This document shows positions 1-13,147 of a stretch of 64,000 bases of DNA, one piece after another. A model generated the notes under the pieces. It ran no database searches and was not told the origin of the DNA. It was given only the letters and a program-made list of their open reading frames with translations. Within the stretch, counting starts at the first letter, position 1. Each line of letters starts with the position of its first letter. Source of the DNA: Cystobasidiomycetes sp. EMM_F5 (taxonomy: Eukaryota). A program made the position numbers and the translations under genes. The stretch covers positions 434,001 through 498,000 of the forward strand of contig JBPGPT010000001.1 in the NCBI GenBank assembly GCA_051047955.1, written 5' to 3'.

Positions 1-1948
1 TGTCGTATTCTTGGCCGCCTGACTCGGCATAGAAGCAAGTCTTGTCGAGAATGACACCGAACGGCTTGCCTGAAGTGATGCCCTCTGTCGACTTGTGGAA
101 AGCTCGGCCTTCAAAAATGGCCTTTACCTTCGCAGAGATGTTATCCTTGCCGTACTTGGCGCCATCATCTGTTCTCGGTACATCGGGGTTCTTCTCCAGA
201 GCAGCAATGTCGTGCACGTCCAAACGAACAAGCTCTCCATCGGCCTTCTTTGCAATACCTTTGCTAGCCTCCTTACTAGCAGCCTGAGCAGCTTCAAACT
301 CCTTCTGATTGATCTTAAGCCCTTGCTCTTCTGCCATGATTTCGGTAAGATCAATGGGGAAGCCGAAAGTATCATATAATCGCCAGACATCTTTACCGCT
401 CAGCACCGACTCGCCTGCTGCTTTGGCTTTGCTGGCATATACATCGAAGAGTTTCTCGCCGCGATCCAAAGTCTTTGCGAACGCCTCCTCTTCTTCGTCA
501 AGCAGAGTCTTTACAACGTCCATATTCTTGCGCAACTCCGGGAAGAAATCGCCCTGGGAAAATCGTTAGGGTGCAATTTACTCCCAGTGGTCGTAATCAC
601 GTACAATCTGCTCAACGAGGGTGGGTAGGAGGGTTGAAAAGAAAGTACCAATGGGTACGCCAAACTTCTTGCGAACATATCGAGCACCTCTCCGCAGTAC
701 TCGCCGGAGCACGTACCCCTGTCCGATATTGCTCGGCACTCCCCCATCAGCAATAGCGAATGCAAGCGTGCGGACGTGGTCCGCTACCACTCTATAGGCT
801 GTATCTATCTCTCCAGCATCTTCTGCTCCAAATTTGCCGCCGTATGGACGCGCACCCGTCAACTCCTGGATCCGTCGCAACAAGGGTTCGAAAACGTCCG
901 TGTCATAATTGGACGGCTTGTCTTGCAGAACGGATACTAGACGCTCGAAACCCATGCCGGTATCGACGTGCTTGGCTGGCAGTTCCTTCAAGGCACCGTT
1001 GATTTCGCGATTGTATTGCATAAAGACAAGATTCCACACTTCGAGCACATTTGGGTCGTCTTGATTGACCAAGTGCGCAGCGTGTCGACCTCCAATACGG
1101 TCGTAGTGGATTTCTGAGCATGGTCCGCAAGGTCCGGACGCTCCCATTTCCCAGAAATTGTCTTTGGCGTTGCCTGGCAGAATGCGATCTTCTGGTAGAC
1201 CTAGGTCCAGCCATAATTGCTTACACTCCGAGTCGGGAGCTAGATTCTGCTTGGGGTCGCCTTCGAAGTACGTCACATATAGACGTTCTGGATCGATGCC
1301 GTACACCTTAGTGAGCAGGTCCCAGCCCATTTGCATAGCCTCTTTCTGTCAAAAAAGAAAGGTGATTCTGAGTAAGTCACTAGTTTGATGCTCATGAAAA
1401 AGAATGCCCGCCTTAAAATAGTCGCCGAAAGACCAGTTACCAAGCATTTCGAAGCTGCCGTATAAAGTCAAAGCGTGAGTAAGCCATGAACGGCATTTCG
1501 TTCGATGGGCGTACGAGGTGTGATGATAACTGTCCTTCCCGACGTCGTCCAAATCTATGGAATGCACTTGATCATCAGCATTCATTATGATATCGCGACA
1601 ATATTCCTACAGACCGTTATGCTTTCCGCCTGCTCGGATACATTTTTGACTGTTTGCTGCTCGTTTCAGCTTGCCAAACTCCGAGTTTGGGTCAGCGATG
1701 CCCAGAAAGATAGGTTTATACTGTCATTTGCGAGTGGATTAGCCGGTTCCAGACGAGTCTAGGTGTATGCTTGCTTATCGTACTTGGCACATCCCACTGT
1801 TCACAAACAGCAAGGTAGGGTCGGCCAGCGGGATGACGCTTGACGACGGAACGAACGTGTGTCCATTTTCCTTGACGAAAAAGTCGATGAAGGTGTTGCG
1901 AACGCGCGTAGCGGTCCAGTCTATCGGGGCGGACGAAGTTGATGCCAT
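1..1948 (-). CDS. ALA1: Alanyl-tRNA synthetase, 5' part (multi-exon; 3' end runs off the window)
   Basis: Spliced exons give [102 protein letters not shown] and [14 protein letters not shown] (MASTSS) at 1948. Confidence 0.97.
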
Positions 1949-2281
1949 CCTAGCGACAGATTTATGCGCGAAGCGTCTGATAAGCGCTGGTTGTAGCGAC
2001 GGCGACACCAAGCTGCGTGGAAGTCGGGTATATCCTGGCGTACGCAGCAGAACCTGGCAAGTCTTGGTCGCCAGAATTGTGTAGAAAGCGAGTCAGCAGT
2101 AGTCAACATGCGGTGGCAACGGTGTCGAGGCACAGGACCTTCAGCAACCAAACGCGCGAAAGAAAAGAGCTTCGTTGTAGTAGCAGAACTCTCGTCATGA
2201 TGCTTACACGGAGCTCTGATATATATTTCAGCAGAATCTCTGCAGACTTATTACGAAACAATCCCTATGAATGTGATGGAC

Positions 2282-4006
2282 TTATAACCTCCCAGTCTCC
2301 ACCTTCTCTGCATGCTTCGCCCACGTGTCTCTCATCTTCCGCAAACGACGGTCATCGCTGTTATAATCGTGCCCAAAGTGGATGCTCTTCAGCTTTCGGC
2401 CATGCTGGATGAGGGTGGGAACCAGACCGAGCATCGACACCCAAGTCGCGACTTCGTAGTCTGTATTCTTGTTGTTCAGTTCCACTACTTCTAGCTTACT
2501 GAGAGAAGCAAACAAAGTGCCGGGTTGCTTGACGGGCAAAGCACCTGGTTCGAGAGCAAGCGAGACCAGATGAACGCATGACGCCAAAGCGGCGTCAAAT
2601 TGAGCGCTGGATGTGTACGAGATAGAGTTGCGGTGGTTGCCTGATTCATATCTGTCGCGACCATCGTCGAAGTCGCTGAGAATATCTTCAAAGTCGTCAT
2701 CGCTTTCATCATCCAGCTGATTTCCCACTAGAACCAGATTGGTCAAGGTGCGACAGTGCTTGGACAAAACCTTGCAAAGGTCTCGAAGGTGCAGTGCGCC
2801 CAATTGGATCAGCGTGAGATGGGTGAGCGTGCCCGCAGCGCCTTGAAGCATGTGGGACAAATATCCAGCGAGTCGTACTTTTTCTAGTCGTACGTGAGTC
2901 AACGGACAGGATGCCTTCATTGTTGGACTACTGCGAGACGATGTCCTAGGCGACCAAATTTTCAGAGTTACTCTCGCAATCGTGATTTCCTTGAGCTTTG
3001 CCCAATCACCGAGAATGGCTCTTTCCCTATCTTGTCCAAACTGTGCTGTAGGAGGTCAGAGGAGGAACTTTGTGCATGCGGCTTAGTATAGTCGTACCTC
3101 AATCTCTTTCTGTATTATCCGCATTTTGTCAGCCAATGTCGAATGCTTAGACTTGCGAGACTTACTCCGTGCCATGCGTATCCTTTCGGATCGAGCACAA
3201 CCTTCTCTATACGATGTCTTACACTGTGCAAGATAATCTTGGTCGCGCCAAAGGTGGCCATCTACCGGACATTGACTGAGTCTTCAGCACCATCAGGCGT
3301 TCAAACGCACAACCTACGTTGGTAAATGATAATGTTTTGGCATCGGTGCACATGGTGAGCAATAATAACCACTGTATCGGGTTCGGTAGAGCATCACGCA
3401 AAGCGTGCTGCTTGGGGACTGAAGGATCATCTGGCTGGAAAGCGAAATTGATGGCTTTTACGACGGTACATAATGCTTTCCTTGAGTTGAGGAGCTCGAT
3501 GAGTCCTTCGCATCGCGCTTTTGAGCCGACTTGCATGTCGTTCACTGCAAAAGTGCGGGTATTCAGGCGTGAACGTAAGCTAGGTGAAGGCGGGGACTTA
3601 CAGTCCTTGAAGAGGATAGCCCGGACAGGTAACACCCAAGCTTTGCAGATGACTGAAAAAGATTTGAGGTTTGCCTTGTCAAAATCGTGTTGTGCCAGTA
3701 CTCGGCTAATGACCGCTGGTACCGCCATCGGGTGCGTGAGAGGATCCGGCTTGGCTGGTCGCTGTTCCAATTTCCGCTTGAGTCGCTTCACTTCCCTTTC
3801 CAAATGTTTGAGTCCCGTCGCTTTCTTCTCTTCTTCCTCTTTCGCTTTCCTGCGGACCGCAATAGTAGGATCAGCAAAGGTCTTGGCTCCGGAATGCGTA
3901 CGGATGCACTAACTTGTCGTCTATAGCCGAATCAAAGGCTTTACAAGCAGCTATATATTCGACTTGTCTGCGAGTCTCGAGTTCGTCGATGGCCTTTGTT
4001 GGACAT
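2282..4006 (-). CDS. F-box-like / leucine-rich-repeat hypothetical protein (multi-exon)
   Basis: ORFs 3219-3803 (VPAVISRVLAQ...LKSFSVICKAW, F-box-like) and 2282-2920 (LTHLTL, LTNLVL, LVSLAL, LEVVEL LRR-like strands), joined by plausible introns; start codon (MSNKGHRR, 4006) uncertain. Confidence 0.6.
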
Positions 4007-4807
4007 TGTTTTGTGAAATGTTACTCCAATTGGATGCGAAATAGCGAGCATTCCCATGAGAGCACCTTTGTTATTGCGACCTGCATTGAACCCAGACTCT
4101 TCATGGCCAGAGCTAGATCCGGCTGGACAAAACGTGTGCATCGTTCAACTTCGCCTATGTTGGGCATGGCAAAACAGCTCTCACCAGAGGGTTCTCAATT
4201 TTCTCCGGTGGTTTGGGGCGTTCAGGTTTCTTCTCATCAGGCATGATTCGCGCGCAGAACTGTCAGGTTGGTTTGCTGCGATGAAACCTGCAAATTGCCA
4301 GCAGGTCAGCCCGGTCAGCCGAGATGCGTCAATCAGAGACATCAGGTTCGCAACGGCTTGAGATTCGAAGAAGCTGCAGAACGCAGGGTTTTCTTTCAGA
4401 CGACAGCGAACGGATGGTAATGCCAACTACTGTGCGTGGAAGCATGAATGGGATGAATGGGCGGCCATGTGTGTAGATCCTCCAAGGGCCGACAGCTGCC
4501 CAGAGCTCTGGCCAGCTCTGGCTGGATTACATGGGACCTCGTCGCGTGCCAAGACAACGCGCAAATGTGCTCGCTGCTAGTGCTCACAACGTCGATATGT
4601 CAGCTGTGTCGGGAAGAGCTTCGGGCTTCGGGATATGCGTCCAAAAGTCGCTAACGCCGATGCAACCGGAGCGCGCGTCATCCCTGTGCAGCTCCTCACA
4701 AAAGGATTCTCAATGCACCGAATCTGGGTTACTCTTCTTCCTTCTCACCACCCTTGCCTGAAAATCGTGCACAGCATCGAAGACCTCATCGCAACCTATA
4801 AAACATC

Positions 4808-6429
4808 ATGGCATTGGCACCAGCACCAGAACCCAAGTCAGCACTTGGAAGGAAGCGCATTCTTTCCCCGACAGCTGCACTTCGTGTATCTCCACTATGT
4901 TTAGGAGCAATGTCGCTTGGAGGAGCCTGGGGAGGTGTGCATCGATGGACCATTTCGTGCCTCCGCCTTTAATATACTGATTTGCTCGACATCACTCACC
5001 ATTTTGCAGAAGGACTAGGGTACATAGAGTCTCAAGCGTTACCTTGCTTAGTCTGCTTACGCTAACGTCGCCCGTCATGTCATTCAGTCACATCACCAAG
5101 GAAGATGGATTCAAATTGTTGGATACATTCTATGATCTCGGCGGAAATTTCATTGGTGCGACTCTCGCAGCTTGTATTCACCCATGGAGCTGATCTTGCT
5201 CAACCACGTCAAGACACTGCAAACAATTACCACAACGGCGAGTCTGAGCAATGGATAGGCGAATGGATGGAGAGCAAGGGAAACCGTGACGAGATGGTCA
5301 TTGCTACAAAGTTCTCGTCCATGTACGATCCCAGCAAGTTTGATCGATCCAATCTGTATGCCTCTTCCAAGGCGATCATTTGGTCTCCGCTCACTCTCCG
5401 TCTCTGCAGAAACGGCAACTCGTACAAGAGCATGTTTGTATCTGTCGAAAACTCGCTCAAAAAGCTCAAAACCAGCTACATTGATCTGCTGTACATCCAC
5501 TGGTGGGACTGGACAACTTCTGTCCCGGAATTGATGCAAGGGTTGAATAACCTGGTCAAGGCAGGAAAAGTTCTGTACATCGGCGTATCGGGTATGTCTT
5601 GGATCGAATGATATCCAAAGGTGCTGACCACCATGTCCACAGACACACCTGCCTGGGTCGTGACGAAATGCAACCAGTACGCCCGAGACCACGGTCTTGC
5701 ACAATTTGTAGTATATCAAGGCAAATGGTCTATTGCCGAACGCGATTTCGAGCGCGACATTCTCGACATGGTCCGATCGGAAGGAATGGTACGTCTGAGA
5801 ATAACTATACCTATCAATTTCCTTTTAAACTCTGTTTAATGTCATGATTTTTCTCCAAAATGATTACGATTGTCCTCTACTCCACTCAACACATCCTTAG
5901 GGTCTAGCGCCATGGAACGCCATGGGCGGCGGTATGTTCCAAACCAAAAAACAGCTCGAAGAGCGCGAAAAGGCGGGCGAGAAACTCAGAGCTTTCTACG
6001 GCGGGAAGCAGTCTGAAACACACGAGAAGATCAGCGCAGCACTGGAGAAGGTTGCCGGCGAAGTGGGCGTATCTAGCATCACCGCCATAGCCCTTGCCTA
6101 CGTAATGAGCAAGGCACCATACGTTTTCCCCGTAAGCAGTACACATTTGCAGCTCTTGAAACATTCAGGCTGATCTGAAGACCATAATCTAACAGCTCGT
6201 TGGCGGCCGCAAGATCGAGCATTTGAAAGAAAACATTGAAGCACTCAATATCAAATTATCAAGCAAACAGATTGAAGAGCTGGAGGGCGTAGTGCCTTTC
6301 GATGTCGGCTTCCCGAAGTCAATGATTATGGCTGACCCACACCTTACGCAAGAGCTTGGCTGGCTGGCAAAGATGGGTGGTGCAGTGGACTTTGTGCAAG
6401 CTCCCGTCTCCTTGCATCACCAACCATGA
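4808..6429 (+). CDS. Aldo/keto reductase, aryl-alcohol dehydrogenase (AAD/NorA)-like
   Basis: [75 protein letters not shown] across GT-AG introns. Confidence 0.93.
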
Positions 6430-6802
6430 ATTTAGGCAGACACCGCGGCATGCGTACCTCGCCTGACCCGGCGTTCAGACTCATGTAGAGTGCACGGAAC
6501 TCCTCGACCTCCTCGACGTTGCGACCCGATGCCTCGGGCGCGTGCTATGGTAACATTCAATGGTTTGCCTAACTTTGTTGCAAGAAATACGTTGTTGCTC
6601 TGTCTCGCAATTACTGCAGACAACGACTATGCCAGAACACTACAACACGGAACCGTTATTGGCTTGACGTGCGGATTGCTGCTACTTCTTGTGAATCCTC
6701 CTGCTTCGAACTCACTGCTGTACGTTTTGCGATGTGCGATTCTGACGAGTTTGTAAAATGATCATGATGTGACAAATGACAACAGCTGGTATGAGGACTC
6801 TT

Positions 6803-8363
6803 CTAGTCGGCACGACCGTTCTTCCTCGCTGACATGAGCTTGTCGAACAACTGGAGCATGAAATAAGAATCGTTGCCTGCCAATACGTTCTCAGCGGAAG
6901 TTCCGGATCGTGAATATGGCGGGAACCGGAGACTAACCTGCATTGTACATTTTCTGCACTCGGATAGCCTCCTGCTCACAAGCGCGACTCAAGGTAATCT
7001 GTGCCTCATGAGGGTCTGCTGAGTACGCCGCATACAAACGCTGCGTATCTTGTATGATGACCGGATACTGTTTTGTTGTCGGCGAGATCTCATACAAATT
7101 CTGCGGAAAGGATGTCCTCCAAAGTCTAATGTCGAGTCGGTGCTTGACCATGTGCGCGATTTCTGGCTCGGCATCGTGCAAAAGGATGAGCATGGGGCAG
7201 AACTTTGCCATATCGCCGACGATGACGGCCAGACGCTGCCAGATTTCAGATTGGGATAACGTGACGCTGGTGCCAAAGCCGAATTTCTGTCCGAACGGAC
7301 AGTGAGCGGGGCAGACGGTTAAAGTCTCAAGTGATTCACCTCTCGATTGTCAGGCAATTGAATCCCGTTACGGTAACCTAAGCTTTCTTTAACGACTTGA
7401 GAATGCGGTCGGCCAGACTTCAGTCAGGAATGAGGAAGTTGTCAAAGCGAGGCAAACCTACTGTAATGCTCGCTCAGATCCTGCTCCAAAATTTGGCCTT
7501 GCTTGTCGCGCATGAAACGCCAGCCCGACCATCCGATATCCAGTACGATGCGTGCGTCTGTCTCAAACAGCTGCGTCTTGACTGCTAGTGCTGCACCTCC
7601 TTCCGAACGGATCTTTTCCCAGAAGAGCCGATTCTGAGCGAGTTCGAAGTTGAAAGTCTGTACTTGGGATGTATCGACGAGACTGCGCAAGCTGGCCACA
7701 TCCATTCTCTTGAGTACAGTAAGGCTGCCAGGCTCTGTCTTTCGAACATCAAGTCCGCGATCCGCAACTATAGCGAGGATATAAAATGATTAGGGTACAA
7801 ACGAGCTGACGTATGGTGAGGATATTACCTGGTTTAATGTCCGATTTCAGCATCTGAGGACACTGTTCTGCCAGCATATTGCAAAGCTCGTCGATGGCAT
7901 GACCACTGAAAAACATCGAAGTGTGTCCGGTCGCAGAGACTTCTGCCTGCCAAAATTCTTGCCCATGGCTCCAGTGCGAGTCGCTGCCGCCGTTCGGACT
8001 ACCGTTTGCCAGGTTCTCGAGCGAAAGGAATGACTTTACGCGCTTGTCGCCTATGCCTCGAGCGATGAGTTTTGCTGCCCATTCTTTCGTAATGTACGAA
8101 TACGGCCACAGCTTGGTGGGCGGAGGGTGACGGGCATCTGTTTTCCCAAGTCAATGTGTTGTGGAGACGCGGGCAAGTCAAGTTTGATTAGTCGTTAGAA
8201 TTACAGTGCTCATCGTAGGAGGCAGTCTGTTGCCAAACTGACAAACACCCGATTGCACCTCGTACGTGCGTTGACCGTGCTCGCCCTTGATGGTCATTCC
8301 TGGCATCAGGTCATCGTCTTCGTCGTCGTCGCTGTCTTCCTGGTAGGTCTTCTTTCGCGCCAT
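6803..8363 (-). CDS. Gfd2/YDR514C/QIP-like DEDDh RNase-H-fold domain protein, apparently catalytically degenerate
   Basis: Spliced translation gives ALAVKTQLFETD..IVLDIGWS, KFGFGTS, ILLHD, IQDTQRLYAA, ITLSRAC and C-terminal YNAGNDSYFML (family motif HNAGNDA). Confidence 0.6.
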
Positions 8364-8938
8364 GGTCGGATACCCAGATCTGGTAAACACTGCGAGGACC
8401 AGATGCTCCACAGGCTACGGGATGCAGCTGGGCGGACCCTTAGCCAGCTCCAGCACTCATTTCAGCTGCGTGGCCGTGTCAGACATGTCCGTGAATATCA
8501 GTCAACGGTTTCGGAGCTGCATGCAAACCAACCAATTCCGAGCCATGCAAGCGGTTGAAAGTCTGCGAAAGATGCGCCATGCCAATCTCGTTTGGACACG
8601 ACTGCTGCCTATGTCTGCGATACATAAGCTCTCTACCGCGTAAACAATGCCAACACTTCCCTCCGAGGCTTGCACAGCATTGTCCCCGTTCTGCTCGCTC
8701 TTTACGCGTCCAACCGGTTCTGCAACCCAAACAGCAAAACAATTTGCAGTCCGACAGTTTCGTCTAGTCAACTATCAACTGACTACGGCAGCGCCGTCGA
8801 CTACTAAAAGCGTGGTCACGAAGCTGACTCGTTCCTGCAACTGAGATCCTACCTCTTCAAGCAGTGTGCGCTTCTCCTTCTCAAGTTCCCGAGTGCGAAG
8901 TGGCTTTTCTCGTCACACACTCTCCATCCTCTGTCAGC

Positions 8939-11900
8939 ATGGGAGTAACAGTTCCCGTATCCACCGAGGAGGCTGCCCTCGCCTACCTCGGCTTGCGCGT
9001 CGTCCTAGCCACAATATTGGTCGCAACCCTCCTGCTCGTCAACTTCGTCTATACCCTGGGCAATTTTGGTGCATCCTTATCCGGTTTGGATATGCTCCTT
9101 GTCGACGACGAAGACGATGATATTCTTCGAGCCGCTGCGAAGAATAGCAAGAAGAAAAAAAGGTCTCCCAAGTTGGCCAATGGCAAAAACGTACGGGTGG
9201 AAAAACGACCACAGCGACTACATCTCCTCCTTCCGTTACTGCTTGCTGCATTCAGCTACTTGGCAGAGTGCGGCATCCTTGTTCTCGATGCCGTGTTGAA
9301 TTGCAAAGGCCTTGTTGACGACTGGGCTCTGTACCCGTCGCTTGGTTGTGCTTTCGCTTTTCTATGGGCCTCCCTGAGTCTAACCCATCGAAGAAAGCCT
9401 GAAGATACGGAAGCAATTCATTTACAGGTCTTTGCCCTCGCTCGTGAGTTGCGGCCTAGTCGGCTATATTTCTCGATCTGATGTGTTCGACTCCGCATCT
9501 TGCTTGAACAGCTATCCTCGTGCAAAGTTTCGTCATTCCGACGGAAGCCTTACTCCTTGCTCGAGCGGGATCTGTTGAAGCACTGGACATCGTACAAATC
9601 TCAATGGATGCCATTAGGATCATTATTTTCTCCGCAATATCGCTAGCTTACTTACCGCGCTTCTGCGAAGACCTCGACGCTAAATCTCTTGATGACGAGG
9701 TTAGCACACCCCTTCTTGCGCACGAGAATGGCAATGGGACAGCAAACGGCGATACGTCTAAAGCTAAGGAGGACGAAGATGATGACGAGGAAGAGGAGGA
9801 AGAGGATGACCGTAAAAAGATGCGAAACTACGATATTATTGCTGTTGTGCGCCGGATTCGCCGTTTACTTCCCTACATGGCCCCATTGCGCGATCGCAGT
9901 ATACAAGCATTAGTCGGTAAGAATGCTGGTTTGAATTGCGACGCTACTCTGCATTCTTACTGATGCCGCTCATAGTTGTCTGTATACTATGTGCTCTCAT
10001 CGGGAATCTCTGTGTTTTGCTATCGCCCCGTCAGCTCGGGATTATCGTCAGCGACCTCGTCGCCGGTAGATCGCCATACAAGAAGTCAGTCATTACAGTA
10101 GTACATATCTTCCGCGAGGATGCTACTGATGGGCTTTGACAGTATCATGATTTGGGTGGGATTACGATGTCTGACCGGATGGGGTGGTCTACTCAAGAGT
10201 GAGGGGCAAGCTCGGCTATTTCTGGTACACGCACAGGCTTACAGTACCATACAGCGATACATCTGCTGCTGTGGTATCCCGTCGAACAGCGAGCCTCGAG
10301 GGAAATGACCATCATGTCCTGTAGGTTGGCTCGCGCTCCCTTCGTTGAAGCATGCCGAAGTAATCTTGCACTGCACAGTCGAGCACATCTTGAATCTATC
10401 GTCAAGATATCATAATAATAAGAAGACTGGCGAGGTGACCAATGTCATCGCTCGGGCGGACAGCGTTTCCGACTTTCTCGAATTCGCTCTTTTCCATCTT
10501 TTCCCAGTCATTATCGACTTATGCGTCGGAAGCACCTATCTTACCGCAAAATACGGAAGCGGGGTCACGGTTGTTCTATTAGCGACATCGGCTGGCTATT
10601 TTTTCGCATTGGCGACGACCCGCACAAAACAAGCTCAGCTCCGCAGTGAGCGCATAGACCGAGGCGATGATCTCTCCGCGATTCGTACAGAATCACTGTC
10701 TCACATTGATCTCGTTAAGTATTTTGCCGCCGAAAGGTACGAAATCAAACGGTATAGAACAGCCTACTGTCAAGTACAGCGAGCGAATATGACGAGCACA
10801 CTACTGTCTCGCGCGACTGATGCGGGAGAAGACTTGATCACTGAGCTTGGTAAGTCGTGCTCGCAGCGCTACTGCCCTGACACTGCTAACAAGCCCATCG
10901 CCACACATGCTCAGGTGTCTTGTGCGGTGCATTGCTTGTTGCACGCAAGATCGTCTCCGGGCAGCTGGATATTGGAGCCTTTGTGACGTTTACATCCTAC
11001 ATGTCAAATGTCCTCAGCAATGGTAAGAACCGCGTCCCGTTTCTGTACATTCCAAACCAGCTAATGTACATTCTGCTCTTCAGTGCAGAATCTCAGTGAG
11101 CGATGATCGATATTTTTCCAGCTTGCTATGCTTATTCGATGAGCTAGATTGGATGGCAAGTTACACAAACACTCTCATGTCGAACACTGATAAATTGATG
11201 GACCTTCTCGACGAGAAAAACGAAGTTCTGGACAAGCCTGATGCCGAAGAGCTGTTTAAGTGCACCGGCCATATCGAATTCGACAACGGTGAGGATGAAG
11301 CGTGGACAGATGCGATGCTTAGAAACTGAACAGGCGCGTTGCGCAGTGTCCTTCTCGTACGCAGGACACAGCAAGGCCAAGGTGAAGAAGGAGCTCAAGA
11401 CAGCGCTAAAAAATGTGTCCTTCACCGTCAAGCCTGGTCAACACGTTGCTCTGGTCGGAGAAACGGGTAGTGGCAAAAGTACTCTCATCAGTAAGTCAAC
11501 GGATGCGCGATATACTATCAATCTCGGGCTGATGAGGATTGGCAGGATTGTTATTCCGCCTTTTTGACGTAACCGAGGGGGCTGTCAAAGGTAGATCGAC
11601 CACCTCCAATTTGAAAACCGTGTCTGACAAAGTCGATGTTGCAGTCGATGGCAAAGACGTGCGCGATTATACACAGCACTCTCTACGCAGGGCTTTTGGC
11701 GTAGTCCAGCAAGAACCCGCCTTGTTCCACGACACCATTATGGCCAACATCAAGTTCGGCGATGTTACAGCCTCTGACGCCAAGGCTCTCGAAGCTGCCA
11801 AAGCAGCTAGCATATACGACCGCGTCTTGGAGTGGCCAAAGAAATTCAAGACTGTCGTCGGAGACCGCGGTATCAAGCTATCGGGCGGCGAGAAGCAGAG

Positions 11901-12368
11901 AGGTAGGAGCATAATTCTGATCAAACATTGCCCAGGATACTAAACTTTGATTACAGTCAGCATCGCTCGCGCTCTGTTGAAGAATCCTGATGTTCTCCTT
12001 CTCGACGAGGCTACTTCTGCGCTCGATACGAAGACTGAGAAGGTAAGGCAATGGCTGACAGGTAAACAGTTCTACCCCGGCACTGCTGACAAGCTCGAGA
12101 ACAGGACATACAAGCACAGCTGCGCAAGCTGACAACGGAGAAGACTACGATTGCCATTGCTCATCGACTCTCAACCATTTCGCATGCAGATCTTATCATC
12201 GTGCTTTCCAAAGGTTCCATTGTCGAGCGAGGCACACACCAGGAGCTGCTGACCATCAAAGACGGTCACTACGCGAAGCTCTGGAGTGCGCAAATTAGCG
12301 GTGGTGCGTCCGCTGATGAGGAAGATGCGAGTATGGCTGGCGGATCCGCTATTCGCATAGATGAGTGA
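8939..12368 (+). CDS. Half-size ABCB transporter, HMT1/ABCB6-like (heavy-metal tolerance type) with N-terminal extra TM domain
   Basis: Walker [11 protein letters not shown]-loop, LSGGEKQR signature, Walker [13 protein letters not shown]-loop [17 protein letters not shown] motif; hydrophobic N-terminal region. Confidence 0.9.
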
Positions 12369-12508
12369 TGGATTTGGTCCTCGATCGATTATAGAGAATA
12401 CAACCAGCTGTTGTAAGGCCTTCACGTGCTGGAGAATGATTGCACAACACCTCAATAAGCAGGCTTTGGCAGGATTGTATCGAGCTGGACCTAAACAGAG
12501 AGGAGTAT

Positions 12509-13051
12509 TTATTTATTCTCGTCCTCAGAATATTCCTTGGGCATGCTGGAAGAGGATCCGTAGACCGAATTAGCGCAAGCCTTAGCTAAAGCTTGATAGC
12601 GAGGCGTACTTGAGGCCAACCCTCCGAGCGGAGAGTCGAGACCGTTCTTCCTGCGTCATGTCCAAGCCGCCATTGTACCGCTCCAGAAGGCCCTTTACAC
12701 CATGAAACGTATTAGATACACATAAAACGTGTCAGACAGCAGCATGCTGCAGCTGGTTACAACCTTGATCTCACCTGATGCAGCCGATTTGCTTTCATGA
12801 AAGCTGCCAATTCTGTCATTTCTCGTATGCTGCTGGCAGCCTGACCAGACTGCGAGCTTTCAAACGTCTTGCGAAGAGCTTGCAGCACATCACTGTTTGA
12901 GCGGTGGTCGCGGAATTTGTGTAGCGAGTCCTGCGATATATAACTGAGGTGAGCAAATGTCGCTGAAATACCAGGAGTTTGGCGGGCTTCGCACATTCAG
13001 GCGCAGCTCGCGCAGAGCATGTCGATACAGCGCTAGCGGCTGACGCGACAT
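12509..13051 (-). CDS. FMC1: Mitochondrial ATP synthase assembly factor Fmc1 (LYR family)
   Basis: MSRQPLALYRHALRELR (LYR motif) ... ALLERYNGGLDMTQEERSRLSARRVGL.MP, matching the Fmc1 C-terminal pattern. Confidence 0.8.
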
Positions 13052-13147
13052 AGCAGAGAACTCTTGTCCGAGTCGTCCCTGGTACTGACCAAAGAAGCGG
13101 TCTGATGGCAAACTGCTGCCAACAGCAACCTAACATACCTACGAATC

